Shown here piece by piece: positions 34,534 to 44,874 of a DNA stretch of 51,179 nucleotides (its first letter is position 1; each line of letters begins with the position of its first letter). The notes beneath the pieces are model-generated. The model ran no database searches. It was not told where the DNA came from and saw only the letters and a program-made list of their open reading frames with translations. The position numbers and the translations under genes are program-made. The DNA is from Candidatus Saccharimonadota bacterium (GTDB lineage: Bacteria > Patescibacteriota > Saccharimonadia > Saccharimonadales > CAIOMD01): contig DALYDK010000002.1 of the NCBI GenBank assembly GCA_031973215.1, positions 10,097 through 61,275 of the forward strand, in the 5' to 3' direction.

Positions 34534-35960
34534 GTGATCTCCTGATATGCTAAAGCAGTTTCTAGAAGCTGCTTATCTTTTCTTTGAGGTGCCATAAACT
34601 GAATACCAACGGGTAAGTTATTTGCTTTATCTTTTGCAGGTACACTAATTGCCGGAATGCCAACTAAATTTACTGCTACGGTCATGATGTCGGCAAGATA
34701 CATTGTAAGCGGATCGTCAACAGCCGAACCTAAATCGAAAGCTGTAGAAGGGGCAGTTGGGCCAACTAAATAATCTACTTCTTTAAAAGCAGCTTCAAAT
34801 TCATTGATTAATTTTGTTCTAACTGTTTGGGCTTTTTTGTAGTAAGCGTCATAGTATCCACTACTTAGTACGTATGTACCAATCATAATTCTTCTTTTAT
34901 TTTCTGCTTCAAAACCCAGTTCCCTGGCTATACCATAAGAATCTTCCAGATTTTGGGCTTCTGGGACTGTTAATCCGTATCTTTGGCCGTCGTACCTGCT
35001 TAGGTTACTGCTCACTTCTGCAGGAACAATTATGTAATAGCAAGCCAAAGCTAGATCTATAGAAGGTAGGCTGATCTCTTTAATTACAGCACCGGCGCTT
35101 TCCAGCTCTTTAATAGCTTTTTTGACAGATTTTGATACTGAATCATCAAGTCCTTCGCTAAAGTATTCTTTAATTACACCGATTTTTTTGCCTTTTAATG
35201 TGGGCTTAATTTTTGAATAATCATCTTCGGATCTTTTTATAGTCGTAGAATCGAACCTATCTTGGCCACTCATAACTTCTAGTACCAAGGCCGCATCTTC
35301 TACCCTTTTAGTTAAGGGCCCGATAACATCTGTTGAACTTGCCATAGCAACAACACCGTATCTTGACACCAATCCATATGTTGGCTTGAGCCCAACAACA
35401 CCACAGTAACTGGCTGGTAGCCGGATTGATCCGCCTGTATCAGTGCCCAACGCGAATGGGACCATAGATAAAGCAACTGCAACACCAGAACCACCGCTGC
35501 TGCCTCCGGGAACTTTCGATTTATCATGCGGGTTCAAGCTTGGACCAAAGGCACTATTTTCTGTAGAAGAGCCGTGAGCAAAAGCGTCCAAATTAGCCTT
35601 AGCAACTAAAATGGCACCTTCAGATTCTAGCTTTTCAATTGCCGTTGCCTGTATTGGAGAATGAAAGGGCTCGAGTATTTTACTCGCTGCAGTTGTAAAA
35701 CCATTTTTGCTCAGAAAATTATCTTTTGCAATAAACGGAACTCCAGCAAGTCGCCCGACTTTTTCACCATTTAATATTTTTTTGTCTATTTCTTCCGCAG
35801 AGGCTAAAGCAGATTCTTTTAATACAGACAAAACTGCGTGGTATTCACCAAATTTTTCAATTCTACTTAGAGCTTGCTCTACCTGCTCTTTGGCTGTTGT
35901 CTTTTTAGACTGAACTGCAGCAGCTATGTCTGTAATTTTTGGCCATTCGTAAGAATCCAT
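34530..35960 (-). CDS. gatA: Asp/Glu-tRNA amidotransferase subunit A
   Basis: Amidase signature KDN, PGGSSGGS, GTDTGGSIR; SRYDG. Confidence 0.97.
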   Translation of the reverse strand: MDSYEWPKITDIAAAVQSKKTTAKEQVEQALSRIEKFGEYHAVLSVLKESALASAEEIDKKILNGEKVGRLAGVPFIAKDNFLSKNGFTTAASKILEPFHSPIQATAIEKLESEGAILVAKANLDAFAHGSSTENSAFGPSLNPHDKSKVPGGSSGGSGVAVALSMVPFALGTDTGGSIRLPASYCGVVGLKPTYGLVSRYGVVAMASSTDVIGPLTKRVEDAALVLEVMSGQDRFDSTTIKRSEDDYSKIKPTLKGKKIGVIKEYFSEGLDDSVSKSVKKAIKELESAGAVIKEISLPSIDLALACYYIIVPAEVSSNLSRYDGQRYGLTVPEAQNLEDSYGIARELGFEAENKRRIMIGTYVLSSGYYDAYYKKAQTVRTKLINEFEAAFKEVDYLVGPTAPSTAFDLGSAVDDPLTMYLADIMTVAVNLVGIPAISVPAKDKANNLPVGIQFMAPQRKDKQLLETALAYQEIT

Positions 35961-36253
35961 TAGCCTATCATCCTTTTGACTTTAATTTGTCCTTTTTCGA
36001 CTGCTGGAGCATTGGAAAGTAATTCTTGCCTACTAAGCTTATAATCTATTATTTTATCTTCTCTGGTAACATTAGTTAAGCCAGTGACCTGACTTGTGGG
36101 CTCTATCCCTTCGGTGTCTACCGACTGAAGAACCTCGACAAATTCAACAATCTTTGAAATTTCTTGCTTATATTTTGGAATTTCGTCATCGGTAAGTTTT
36201 AGCCTGCACAGTACAGCTAGCTTACGGATGTCCGCATCTGTTATTTTAGTCAT
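35960..36253 (-). CDS. gatC: Asp/Glu-tRNA amidotransferase subunit C
   Basis: LAVLCRL, NVTRED, NAP; TAATG overlap with gatA. Confidence 0.92.
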   Translation of the reverse strand: MTKITDADIRKLAVLCRLKLTDDEIPKYKQEISKIVEFVEVLQSVDTEGIEPTSQVTGLTNVTREDKIIDYKLSRQELLSNAPAVEKGQIKVKRMIG

Positions 36254-36336
36254 TAATAATAATTATAACTGAATATACTAACAATTTTAAGAAGTAGAAC
36301 TTTGCTTTTTTTGTGTTTTTATTTTATAGTAAATAT

Positions 36337-36903
36337 ATGAATCGTTCACCAGAAAATACTTTCCGCCCCAAAAGAGTGGCAGGCGCGCTGGGGGCTATAG
36401 GCATAGTCACATTAGTGGCTTGGGTTGGATCAGATCACAAAGACGTTACAGTTATACCGAAAATTCAGACAGAATCGGCTGCTGTATTAATTGATACTAA
36501 TAACGAAATTCCCGGACGATATTACGGGCCAGATAGCCTGCTTAGCGAACTTAATTCGGATGAAAAATCTAATGCAATCGTAAATATTAACTTAGCCTAT
36601 GAACAATTAGAAATGTCGCAGCCGAAATGGCTTAAAGATATTCATGAAGTCAAGGCGCTAGTCGATTTATGGATGAATGAATCACGTTGGCAACAAGACT
36701 CAGATAACCCAGAAAGCGACGCTTACGGCATACCTCAGGCAATAATTTCAAGGCAAAATATTAAACAAGGATACTTTTTAGGGTATGCAGACTACAAAGA
36801 ATCGGCTTACACACAAATTGCTTGGGGCCTATTTTATATCTCTGAAACCTACAAAAAGCCAACAAAAGCATGGGAGCATTGGCAAGATCATGGATGGTAT
36901 TAA
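36337..36903 (+). CDS. Membrane-anchored lytic transglycosylase (SLT/lysozyme-like) protein
   Basis: TM helix; LW.NESRW (catalytic Glu), NPESDAYGIPQA, TQIAWGLFYI, AWEHW...GWY; start moved from 36313 to MNRSP. Confidence 0.75.
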   Translation: MNRSPENTFRPKRVAGALGAIGIVTLVAWVGSDHKDVTVIPKIQTESAAVLIDTNNEIPGRYYGPDSLLSELNSDEKSNAIVNINLAYEQLEMSQPKWLKDIHEVKALVDLWMNESRWQQDSDNPESDAYGIPQAIISRQNIKQGYFLGYADYKESAYTQIAWGLFYISETYKKPTKAWEHWQDHGWY

Positions 36904-36907
36904 ACGG

Positions 36908-38887
36908 TTATTTCATCTTAGATTTAATATCAGCTATTAAATCACGCAGATCAGCAGCTTTTTCAAATTCTAAGTTAGCACTGGCTATATCCATTTGGGC
37001 GGATAAATCGGCAATAATTCTTGGGTATTCATCTTTAGGAATTTTTTTGAGATTTAGTTTAGCAGTCTTTGCTTCTTTGCTTTCAGCGCCTAGTTCTGCC
37101 CTTAGGCTGTCAGCTATCTGTTTTTTGATTCCCCTAGGGGTAATATCATGTTTTTTGTTATAGTCTTCTTGAATTTTTCGACGTCTGTTAGTCTCATCTA
37201 TTGCTCTTTGCATGCTACCAGTAATATGATCTGCATACATAATAACCTGGCCATTCTCATGCCTAGCAGCACGACCTATAGTCTGAATTAGAGCTGGCTC
37301 GCTCCGCAAGAAACCTTCTTTGTCGGCATCTAGTATTGCCACTAAGCTAACCTCTGGTAAATCGAGTCCCTCTCTTAGCAAATTAATTCCTACCAAAACA
37401 TCATAAACGCCCAGTCTTAAATCTCTTAAAATGTCAGTTCTATCTAAGGTGTCAACTTCACTATGAAGATACTGCACTTTAACTCCTAAATCTTCAAGAT
37501 ACTCTGTTAAATCTTCGGCCATTCTTTTTGTTAAGGTCGTAACAAGAACCCGCTGTTTTTTGCTAACTTTGTCTTTAATTTCTCCGAGCAAATCATCTAT
37601 TTGCCCCTCGATAGGTCTTACGTTAATTATTGGGTCAAGGAGTCCGGTTGGCCTAATGACTTGTTGAATTGGCTCAGAAGAACGATCAAGCTCATATGCC
37701 GCCGGGGTTGCAGAAACAAATATTGCCTGATTAATATGCTTTTCGAATTCGGTAAAATTTAGTGGTCTGTTATCTAACGCGCTAGGTAGCCTAAAGCCAT
37801 GTTCTACCAGTATCTCTTTGCGCGCCCTATCGCCGTTATACATTCCTCTGACCTGAGGCAAAGTCATGTGGCTTTCGTCCACCATCAGCAAAAAATCATC
37901 TGGGTAGTAATCAAGCAAAGTTGCGGGTTGCTCACCCGGCTCTCTGTTGGTTAGGTACCTGCTGTAGTTTTCGATACCTTTCACAAACCCAGTTTCTTCT
38001 AGCATTTCTAAATCGAATTTAGTTCTTTGACCTAACCTTTGCGCCTCTAAATACATATTGTTGGCGTTATAAAATTGAAGTCTTTCAGCTAGTTCATCTT
38101 GAATTTTACCCAGTGCAACTTTGAGTTTATCTTGAGGAGTTACATAGTGACTGCTTGGGTAAACGGTATAACTGTCTAGTTTTTTTTCTATCTCGCCAGT
38201 TAAAGGATTAATTTGAGTTATTTTCTCTATTTCATCACCAAAGAACTCAGCTCTAATTGCAATTTCTTCTCCGGCGGGAAAAACATCTACCACATCTCCC
38301 CTTACTCTAAATGTACTTCTGGCAAAAGCCACATCGTTGCGTTGATATTGAATGTCGGTAAGCTGCCTTAAGAACTTGTCGCGGACTTTTCGTTCGCCGG
38401 TTTTAATTTTTACTGCCATAGAACCGTAATCATCAACGCTACCAATACCATATATACAGGAAACACTGGCCACTATCAGAACATCTCGTCGACTAAGTAG
38501 AGCACTTGTAGCTGCATGGCGCATTCTATCTATTTCTTCGTTTATTTGGCTGTCTTTTTCAATGTAGGTATCGCTACGAGCAATATAAGCTTCCGGTTGG
38601 TAATAGTCAAAATAACTTACAAAATAATGTACTGCGTTTTCTGGGAAGAATTCTTTAAATTCGTTATATAGCTGAGCCGCTAAAGTTTTATTATGAGCAA
38701 GAATAAGTGTTGGTTTTTGGTACTCGTTAATGACATTCGCCATAGTAAATGTTTTACCGCTACCAGTAACGCCAAGTAGCACCTGGCTTTTTTCTCCGCC
38801 ACGTAGACCCTTAACAAGCTTCTCTATAGCTGCCGGCTGATCGCCCGTAGGCTGATATTTAGTAGTTAATTTAAAGTTATTACCCAT
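36908..38887 (-). CDS. uvrB: Excinuclease ABC subunit B
   Basis: [37 protein letters not shown]-terminal UVR domain. Confidence 0.98.
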   Translation of the reverse strand: MGNNFKLTTKYQPTGDQPAAIEKLVKGLRGGEKSQVLLGVTGSGKTFTMANVINEYQKPTLILAHNKTLAAQLYNEFKEFFPENAVHYFVSYFDYYQPEAYIARSDTYIEKDSQINEEIDRMRHAATSALLSRRDVLIVASVSCIYGIGSVDDYGSMAVKIKTGERKVRDKFLRQLTDIQYQRNDVAFARSTFRVRGDVVDVFPAGEEIAIRAEFFGDEIEKITQINPLTGEIEKKLDSYTVYPSSHYVTPQDKLKVALGKIQDELAERLQFYNANNMYLEAQRLGQRTKFDLEMLEETGFVKGIENYSRYLTNREPGEQPATLLDYYPDDFLLMVDESHMTLPQVRGMYNGDRARKEILVEHGFRLPSALDNRPLNFTEFEKHINQAIFVSATPAAYELDRSSEPIQQVIRPTGLLDPIINVRPIEGQIDDLLGEIKDKVSKKQRVLVTTLTKRMAEDLTEYLEDLGVKVQYLHSEVDTLDRTDILRDLRLGVYDVLVGINLLREGLDLPEVSLVAILDADKEGFLRSEPALIQTIGRAARHENGQVIMYADHITGSMQRAIDETNRRRKIQEDYNKKHDITPRGIKKQIADSLRAELGAESKEAKTAKLNLKKIPKDEYPRIIADLSAQMDIASANLEFEKAADLRDLIADIKSKMK

Positions 38888-38968
38888 AACCTTTGATTAT
38901 AGGCCAATAACTCAATAAATTCACTTCTTATAATATGCAATTAATGAATAATAAAACAATCATTAATA

Positions 38969-38997
38969 TTGACATTTTTAAACAATTATTATAAATT
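38969..38997 (+). promoter_or_regulatory. Sigma70-type promoter for the 96-aa gene
   Basis: TTGACA (38969-38974), 17 nt, TAAATT (38992-38997). Confidence 0.5.
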
Positions 38998-39035
38998 ATT
39001 TTAGTCCACCTTCCCCGTTACTTTAAGGAGTTACA

Positions 39036-39326
39036 ATGGACAACGACAGGACGCAGCAGATGCCCAAGGTCAAGGTCAGTTCGACGACGACCGAGGAAAT
39101 GCCCAAGAGCTTCCTAAGAGAAGCTACTCTCGATCTCCTGATCTACGCTACGATGATTGCAGCTATCGGTGCGCTCATCATAGGTATCGGCTACGGCATC
39201 ATCGAATACGCTTGGCCATCTTTAAGGCGAGCATTCACCCACCCGGTTGACACCGGGATCGTGATGGTTGCAGTCGGCACGATCAGCTTCTATGCGGGAG
39301 CATACTTGAAGCGGCGAAGGACGTGA
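39036..39326 (+). CDS. Hypothetical 96-aa protein with two TM helices, GC-rich
   Basis: SD AAGGAG; two hydrophobic helices; basic tail KRRRT; hand-counted lines are 55-60% GC. Confidence 0.75.
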   Translation: MDNDRTQQMPKVKVSSTTTEEMPKSFLREATLDLLIYATMIAAIGALIIGIGYGIIEYAWPSLRRAFTHPVDTGIVMVAVGTISFYAGAYLKRRRT

Positions 39327-39329
39327 CTT

Positions 39330-39389
39330 GCCCGAGATTTGGGTACTGGCGACAGCACAGCTCTCGCCAGTACCCAATCCGGGCTTTTT
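39330..39389 (+). terminator. Long hairpin plus U-tract after the 96-aa gene
   Basis: GCCCGAGATTTGGGTACTGGCGA / TCGCCAGTACCCAATCCGGGC followed by TTTTT. Confidence 0.8.
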
Positions 39390-39397
39390 AATTTTAT

Positions 39398-40033
39398 TTA
39401 TCCTTTGTGGGTAGATGATGCCGGGCCATGGCCACCATGACTAGATTTATCATCTAAATACCAAGTACTTGCTAATGACTTTGTGTCAATATCTCCGTAA
39501 AGCGCGTCTAGTTTCTGGACTATTTTTTCGACTAGTCTTTCAGGATTATCGTCTAAAATAACGAGTGACTTATGGTTGTTTTCAAGTTTTTGAAGTAATT
39601 CCGGAATAATATCTGCCGTACCGCCACTGCCAATAAGCACTCCGCACGGAATATTGCTTTCAAGAGCGGTTGTAAATTCATGCAAACTACCAAATCTGCC
39701 GCCAACGGTAATAACCGCATCAGATGATTGGACCAAGTAGGCATCACGACCAACGTAGTTCATGCCGGTATAATTTATAAAAGTAAATACACCTATCGGC
39801 AGTCTGTATTTATAAATATGCTCCCTTGGGCTTGTGGCGGGTGAAAATCCAATACTTATACCACCTGCTTCATGGGCAGCTTTAGCACCATAAAATGGCA
39901 AACCTACGGTCGCCCCTGTGGTTAATACATGACCAGCCCCGGCAACTGCGCGACCCACTCGCTCGGCAAGAGGCCTTGAATGTTCGACAGTTTCACCATT
40001 AGCAGCTCCAGACAAACAAATTGAATAATTCAT
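39398..40033 (-). CDS. LOG/SLOG-family nucleotide-binding protein
   Basis: LTTGAT.G, GGISIGFSP, GRDAYLVQSSDAVI, GGRFGSLHEF. Confidence 0.8.
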   Translation of the reverse strand: MNYSICLSGAANGETVEHSRPLAERVGRAVAGAGHVLTTGATVGLPFYGAKAAHEAGGISIGFSPATSPREHIYKYRLPIGVFTFINYTGMNYVGRDAYLVQSSDAVITVGGRFGSLHEFTTALESNIPCGVLIGSGGTADIIPELLQKLENNHKSLVILDDNPERLVEKIVQKLDALYGDIDTKSLASTWYLDDKSSHGGHGPASSTHKG

Positions 40034-41293
40034 TTAGAAACCCCTGCCTCCGTATATTTTGACCGTTTCGGGGTCTATCATGCTGTTATTTAGTTGCTTA
40101 AGCACTTGATTCTCTAGAGCTTTCTCGCCCATATAGCGCTCAAAGACTTCGTTCCAAAGGCTTTCCCTAAAATGATAAATTTCTCGGTTTTTGTAGGGGG
40201 TAGAGTTACTGTAACTGACCGCTATATCCATTAAGTTAAATGTGACAGGTCGACCTGAATGCATAACTCCAACAAAATCTAAATCTCTCCACCAGGCCAT
40301 TTGGGGGTCAACTTCAAACAGTAAATGTTCAGCTTTTCTCCAGTGCAAATCTTCTGGCTGAACATGCGGTTCAAAAATTTCTGGGTGATATTCTTTGCCT
40401 TCAAATTTTCCAAAATATCTCTGAATAACTCTCCAGTGAATTTTTTGCCCAGCCATAACAGCTCCAGATGAAGGATCGGCAATTAAAGTTTCGATAAATA
40501 TTTTTGCAAAATCTGGTTTAACTTGCTGAAGCTTAAAATAGGCGCTATATAGTTTAATTTCGTTTATATAATGGAATAAAAGTGATAGCACAGTAGTTGC
40601 TATTCCGGGAATTTCATGCTGCTTAACAGGCAACATCAGTATTATGCCCATTTCTTTAACGTGAGTTATATTATGCTTCTTTTTATGAACAAATTCTTCG
40701 GCAATATCTGACCATCTGTCTGCTGGCATAGGGACAATTTCTATATTTCGTTCTTCAAAATTGCTGGGCAGTAAATTATCGTACTGAGAGTCAAATTTAT
40801 TAAGCCAATCAGGACTTTCAGCGAACCTAAGTGCACCATAAATTTCAAATATATTTTCGGTTTTTAACATGCTATCTATGCTTTTATAGCCCATAATTTT
40901 CATTATGTTAGGTGGAGGTGTTTTCTTTAAAAACTCCTTTGCTACGCTTTTTTTAAGGACCCAAACTTTTTTACTAATTTTAGCTTTTTCGGCGGCACCC
41001 TTTAGCAAGGGAAGCAGTTCTTGAACCGTTTCTTTGCCTGAAGCACCAATAGTTTTCATTAAATTCGCATTATCTTTCTCAAACCTAGCAAGCAGGGCAG
41101 AATACAACTCTTTTCCGGTTGTATCTTTAGGGTCTAATCCTAAATCTTTTGTCTTTTGGATAACTTGGCCGATAATTTCGGCAGTCAAACGAACGTCAAC
41201 ACCAGGTTTACCGCTGGCTTTTTCTAATTGCGCTACGGCAATACTAAACATAGGCTCAGTAGCCCCCAGTAGTTCAGAAATAAGCTTTGACAT
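40034..41293 (-). CDS. Hypothetical soluble protein (419 aa)
   Basis: Long ORF with host-like composition; stop codon abuts the LOG start; no family recognised. Confidence 0.8.
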   Translation of the reverse strand: MSKLISELLGATEPMFSIAVAQLEKASGKPGVDVRLTAEIIGQVIQKTKDLGLDPKDTTGKELYSALLARFEKDNANLMKTIGASGKETVQELLPLLKGAAEKAKISKKVWVLKKSVAKEFLKKTPPPNIMKIMGYKSIDSMLKTENIFEIYGALRFAESPDWLNKFDSQYDNLLPSNFEERNIEIVPMPADRWSDIAEEFVHKKKHNITHVKEMGIILMLPVKQHEIPGIATTVLSLLFHYINEIKLYSAYFKLQQVKPDFAKIFIETLIADPSSGAVMAGQKIHWRVIQRYFGKFEGKEYHPEIFEPHVQPEDLHWRKAEHLLFEVDPQMAWWRDLDFVGVMHSGRPVTFNLMDIAVSYSNSTPYKNREIYHFRESLWNEVFERYMGEKALENQVLKQLNNSMIDPETVKIYGGRGF

Positions 41294-41340
41294 ATATAAT
41301 TTGTGTCTTAATAAATTAAATTGCTAATGCTAATATTTTA

Positions 41341-42324
41341 TCACAATTCACTGACATCTAACGGCATTTCATGAACAGTATTTTCTTGACTTAATATACC
41401 TGCCTTGGCACCAATTTTTCCAACAACACTAGTAGAATTTGCGCTTGCAAAAGTAACCGCCCATTCCAAAGACTCACCTGCCGCAATCATAGCAGTAAAG
41501 CCACTACTGAAGGCATCGCCTGCCCCAGTTCTATCTATAACAGGGACATCTTCATACATTCCAGCTCTAACAATGTGCCAACGATCTGTGGCTACAGCAC
41601 CCTTGGGGCCGTCTGTAACAATTACAAAATGAACATCCTTAGAAGCGGCACGAACCATATCTTCTATATTTTCACTTGGGTAAATTTCGGCCATTTCTTC
41701 TTTGTTCATAGATAAAATAGTAAGTTTTGGTATTAGTTCCTTTAGGTGTTCTTTATTGGCTAGCTCTTTCTTACCTGGGTTCATGGCGATTTTAATGTTG
41801 TTTTCTTCGGCGTATTTAAAGATAGTATCTATAACTTCAAAATTTCCCTCTAGCGAAGTAAGATAAATCCAGTCTGGGTGAGCTCCGTGGAAATCTTCAA
41901 AATTAACTTCGTAATGCGAACTGGCACCCCTGTAAGACATAATTGTTCGCTCGCCACTAGGAGCTAATAAAATACAAGAATAACCAGAGCCTACACTCTT
42001 AGAATAACCGACTAGGCTAGTATCTATTCCCTCTTTATGAAGATCATCTAAAATTGCTCTACCTGCAACATCATGGGCAATCTTGCCCATATATGCGCTA
42101 TGCAAACCTTGCCGGGCAAAGGTGACAGCACCGTTTGTTGCTCCTCCACCGGTACTAAAAATTACCTCTTCTAAATCATTTTTACTGCCAAGCTGAAATT
42201 CTTCTACGCATTCTCCATCAGGTTCACAAACCGGCTCAAATAAGGCGCCTTTTAAATAAACATCTTGTACTGCAGCGCCAATACTTAAAATCTTTATATC
42301 ATTTCTATTTTTTTGTTGATCCAT
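41341..42324 (-). CDS. PfkB-family carbohydrate kinase
   Basis: GGGATNGA, VTDGPKGA, DRTGAGDAF; start moved from 42342 to MDQQKN using the upstream TG-n-TATACT. Confidence 0.92.
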   Translation of the reverse strand: MDQQKNRNDIKILSIGAAVQDVYLKGALFEPVCEPDGECVEEFQLGSKNDLEEVIFSTGGGATNGAVTFARQGLHSAYMGKIAHDVAGRAILDDLHKEGIDTSLVGYSKSVGSGYSCILLAPSGERTIMSYRGASSHYEVNFEDFHGAHPDWIYLTSLEGNFEVIDTIFKYAEENNIKIAMNPGKKELANKEHLKELIPKLTILSMNKEEMAEIYPSENIEDMVRAASKDVHFVIVTDGPKGAVATDRWHIVRAGMYEDVPVIDRTGAGDAFSSGFTAMIAAGESLEWAVTFASANSTSVVGKIGAKAGILSQENTVHEMPLDVSEL

Positions 42325-42383
42325 AATTATAAAGTATACCACTTATGCTTTGAAAAATTTGCTCCAAGTACTACTATCGAAAT

Positions 42384-43028
42384 ATGTCATTTTTAACCAA
42401 AGATAAGCAGGTAAGCCTAAGGCCGCTTCAGGTAAGGAATATTAAATTCGAAAACCAAGACGCCGAATATTATACCGTTGGCTGGATGGCTTTTTGTAAG
42501 TTCCTAGGTAGAGTATCTATGCTTGACCAAAAAACACTTAACGACCGTCCGCTCAGATTATTAACTACTAGAATGTCTAACTCTAGTGTTGATAACTTTG
42601 AAGTATTTATTAAAGATATAGTTCTTCGCGATATCGATGATCCTGAAAAAAATTCCCTTAAGCATCTAATGGGGAAATTATCGATGCAATATTACGAATC
42701 AAATATGAATCATAGATTCAGAGGTACTCAACACGATTTAGGCGATTGGGCAAGAACGCCTAAATACCGCATTAATCAAAAAATGCTCGACGCTTTTTGG
42801 CTAAACTCATCGAATCAAGAAGAGGCAATTTTGGCTAGTAAAAACAATAACTTATATCGTCATAACGACAATATAAACGAGTTAGTAAATTATTATTTAA
42901 AGACAAGTAACTTTAGCCTAATTCAAGATAGCCTATACGCAGAATTAGACAGAGTCCACAAAGACCTAGAATATTATGTAGGGCACTACGATCCAGACCC
43001 TAGCTTGGGTAAATACGACCGTTACTAA
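42384..43028 (+). CDS. Hypothetical protein (214 aa)
   Basis: ORF fills the gap between pfkB and fba; TACTAT 6 nt before ATG. Confidence 0.65.
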   Translation: MSFLTKDKQVSLRPLQVRNIKFENQDAEYYTVGWMAFCKFLGRVSMLDQKTLNDRPLRLLTTRMSNSSVDNFEVFIKDIVLRDIDDPEKNSLKHLMGKLSMQYYESNMNHRFRGTQHDLGDWARTPKYRINQKMLDAFWLNSSNQEEAILASKNNNLYRHNDNINELVNYYLKTSNFSLIQDSLYAELDRVHKDLEYYVGHYDPDPSLGKYDRY

Positions 43029-43945
43029 GCAATAATAGCCCTGCCAACCGAATTGTAATTTTTCAACTTATTTTCTACAACTAATTGCACCGCTTCATAA
43101 ACTGCCGGCATTAATTTTACTACCGCGTATTCGTCCGGGTTATCCCTTAAAACTCGCTCAAGGGTATCTCTAAAAGCTTTTCTCATGTCTGAATTAACAT
43201 TTATTTTAGTTACCCCTATCCGAACTGCCTCTTCAAAATAATGACCCGGTGTACCGCTTCCGCCGTGCAAACTAATATTTACCGAACTTGGCAGGGCTTT
43301 TCTAATTCTCTCAAGAAGTGCTATATCCAAATTTTTTGGAACAGGATAACTGCCGTGTAAATTACCAACTGCTGCTGCGAATGTATCTATTCCGGTATCA
43401 CGTACAAAATTGCTAGCACCTTTTGGTGTACTAAAAGTTTTTTTAATATCATTGTAGTCAAAGGCTTCTTTATGAACATTAGATGATCCACCGAAATAAT
43501 GAGGCTCGCTCTCTACGGTTGCTCCAGTAAATTTGGCATACTCAACAACCTCTCGGGTTGCTTTGATTATTTCTTCGTCTGTTGCATTATGATTGGCCTG
43601 ACTAACATCTATATGAATAAACTCAAAGCCAGCATCAATACCTGCTTTAGCAGCTTCAACAGATGGGCTGTGATCTAGGTTTATATACATTTCAATACCA
43701 TATTCGGCCTTATAATTGTTTACCAAGTCTCTGACATTATTAAGACCCATAGCCTTAACCTCGCCATCACTAACCTCTACCATAACCGGTGCCTGCATTT
43801 TAGCAGCTGCCTTAGAAACAGCAATAAGCGTTTCTTGATTGTCTATATTAAAAGCACCTATAGCATAATGACCCTGCCGGGCTCGTTCCATAGCTTCTTT
43901 TGCTTGTAAGCACGTTTGTCTAATTTGCGATATTGTCATTGACAT
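43025..43945 (-). CDS. fba: Class II fructose-bisphosphate aldolase
   Basis: GAFN, LDH, VESE, AVGNLHG, LHGGSG, KINVNS. Confidence 0.9.
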   Translation of the reverse strand: MSMTISQIRQTCLQAKEAMERARQGHYAIGAFNIDNQETLIAVSKAAAKMQAPVMVEVSDGEVKAMGLNNVRDLVNNYKAEYGIEMYINLDHSPSVEAAKAGIDAGFEFIHIDVSQANHNATDEEIIKATREVVEYAKFTGATVESEPHYFGGSSNVHKEAFDYNDIKKTFSTPKGASNFVRDTGIDTFAAAVGNLHGSYPVPKNLDIALLERIRKALPSSVNISLHGGSGTPGHYFEEAVRIGVTKINVNSDMRKAFRDTLERVLRDNPDEYAVVKLMPAVYEAVQLVVENKLKNYNSVGRAIIA

Positions 43946-43986
43946 ATATTAACCATAACCTTTTCTACGCTAGTAATTATAACTAT

Positions 43987-44874
43987 TTATTCCAAAAATA
44001 TCATCAATAAACCAAGCAATGCCAATAAAAGTGCCGTGAATCTACGGACAAGATTATTGTTTTCTTTGAAAAAGTAGACCGCCAGAACACTGGTTAGAAC
44101 TATCTTTGAACTTGTTAAAATTATTGTTTTACTAAGCATGCCGCTACTAAGTGCGTAAATAAAGAAAAAGCCACTAAGGGCAGTCATAAAACCAGCAATA
44201 ATTGAAAATTTAAGAAACTTGGCATTTATTGGTTTTTTATTTTTTTGACCAAACAGATAATAAAAAAGCGTTGCTCCAATTAATTGAGCTATCCATCCAT
44301 AAAAAGCATAGTTCCATACTCCAGTTTTATCTATGGCAATTTTTTCAGCCGTCATACCAATCGCAAAAAAAATTGCCGCTAATACCACCAGAATAATTTT
44401 TGAATTATTGATACTTTTAATCATTTTCTGGCCATTATTATTTTTTAGATTAATACTAATTGATAGGTAGACTGCAATAAATATAAAAATGAAACCAAAA
44501 ATAAAATATTTAGATAGATTTTCGCCCAATAAGACCAACCCGAAAAGCGCTGCCGTCCAATAGTTTAAGGTCTGAACCACCACTGCACTTGCCGCCCCCA
44601 AAATTGAAATTAATTTAAACTGAATTATCCAATAAGCTGGAATGAATATTCCTTCGATAATAATATAAAATAAGGCCTCTTTGCCTGGATGGGCAGGCAA
44701 GTTAAAACTGTTTGCAAAAAAAGAAATAAGTACCCCGCAAATTGCCACACAAATATATACAACAAATGAAATCTGCAGAGTTTGATTTTTTAGAACCTGA
44801 CCTGTTTTTCTGTACCATAGAGTTAAAAAACTGCTAGATATTATTTGCAGTATAACTATTAGGTTCCAGGGCAT
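43987..44874 (-). CDS. DMT/EamA-family transporter
   Basis: About 10 TM helices in two repeats; LLGE and FFKE loop motifs; start abuts the tkt-C stop. Confidence 0.8.
   Translation of the reverse strand: MPWNLIVILQIISSSFLTLWYRKTGQVLKNQTLQISFVVYICVAICGVLISFFANSFNLPAHPGKEALFYIIIEGIFIPAYWIIQFKLISILGAASAVVVQTLNYWTAALFGLVLLGENLSKYFIFGFIFIFIAVYLSISINLKNNNGQKMIKSINNSKIILVVLAAIFFAIGMTAEKIAIDKTGVWNYAFYGWIAQLIGATLFYYLFGQKNKKPINAKFLKFSIIAGFMTALSGFFFIYALSSGMLSKTIILTSSKIVLTSVLAVYFFKENNNLVRRFTALLLALLGLLMIFLE

Noticed and set aside
678-41343. Genetic code 25 (TGA = Gly) as in Gracilibacteria/Absconditabacteria
   Set aside because: ABC-F and pfkB end at TGA at the expected family length, and long conserved genes have no in-frame TGA
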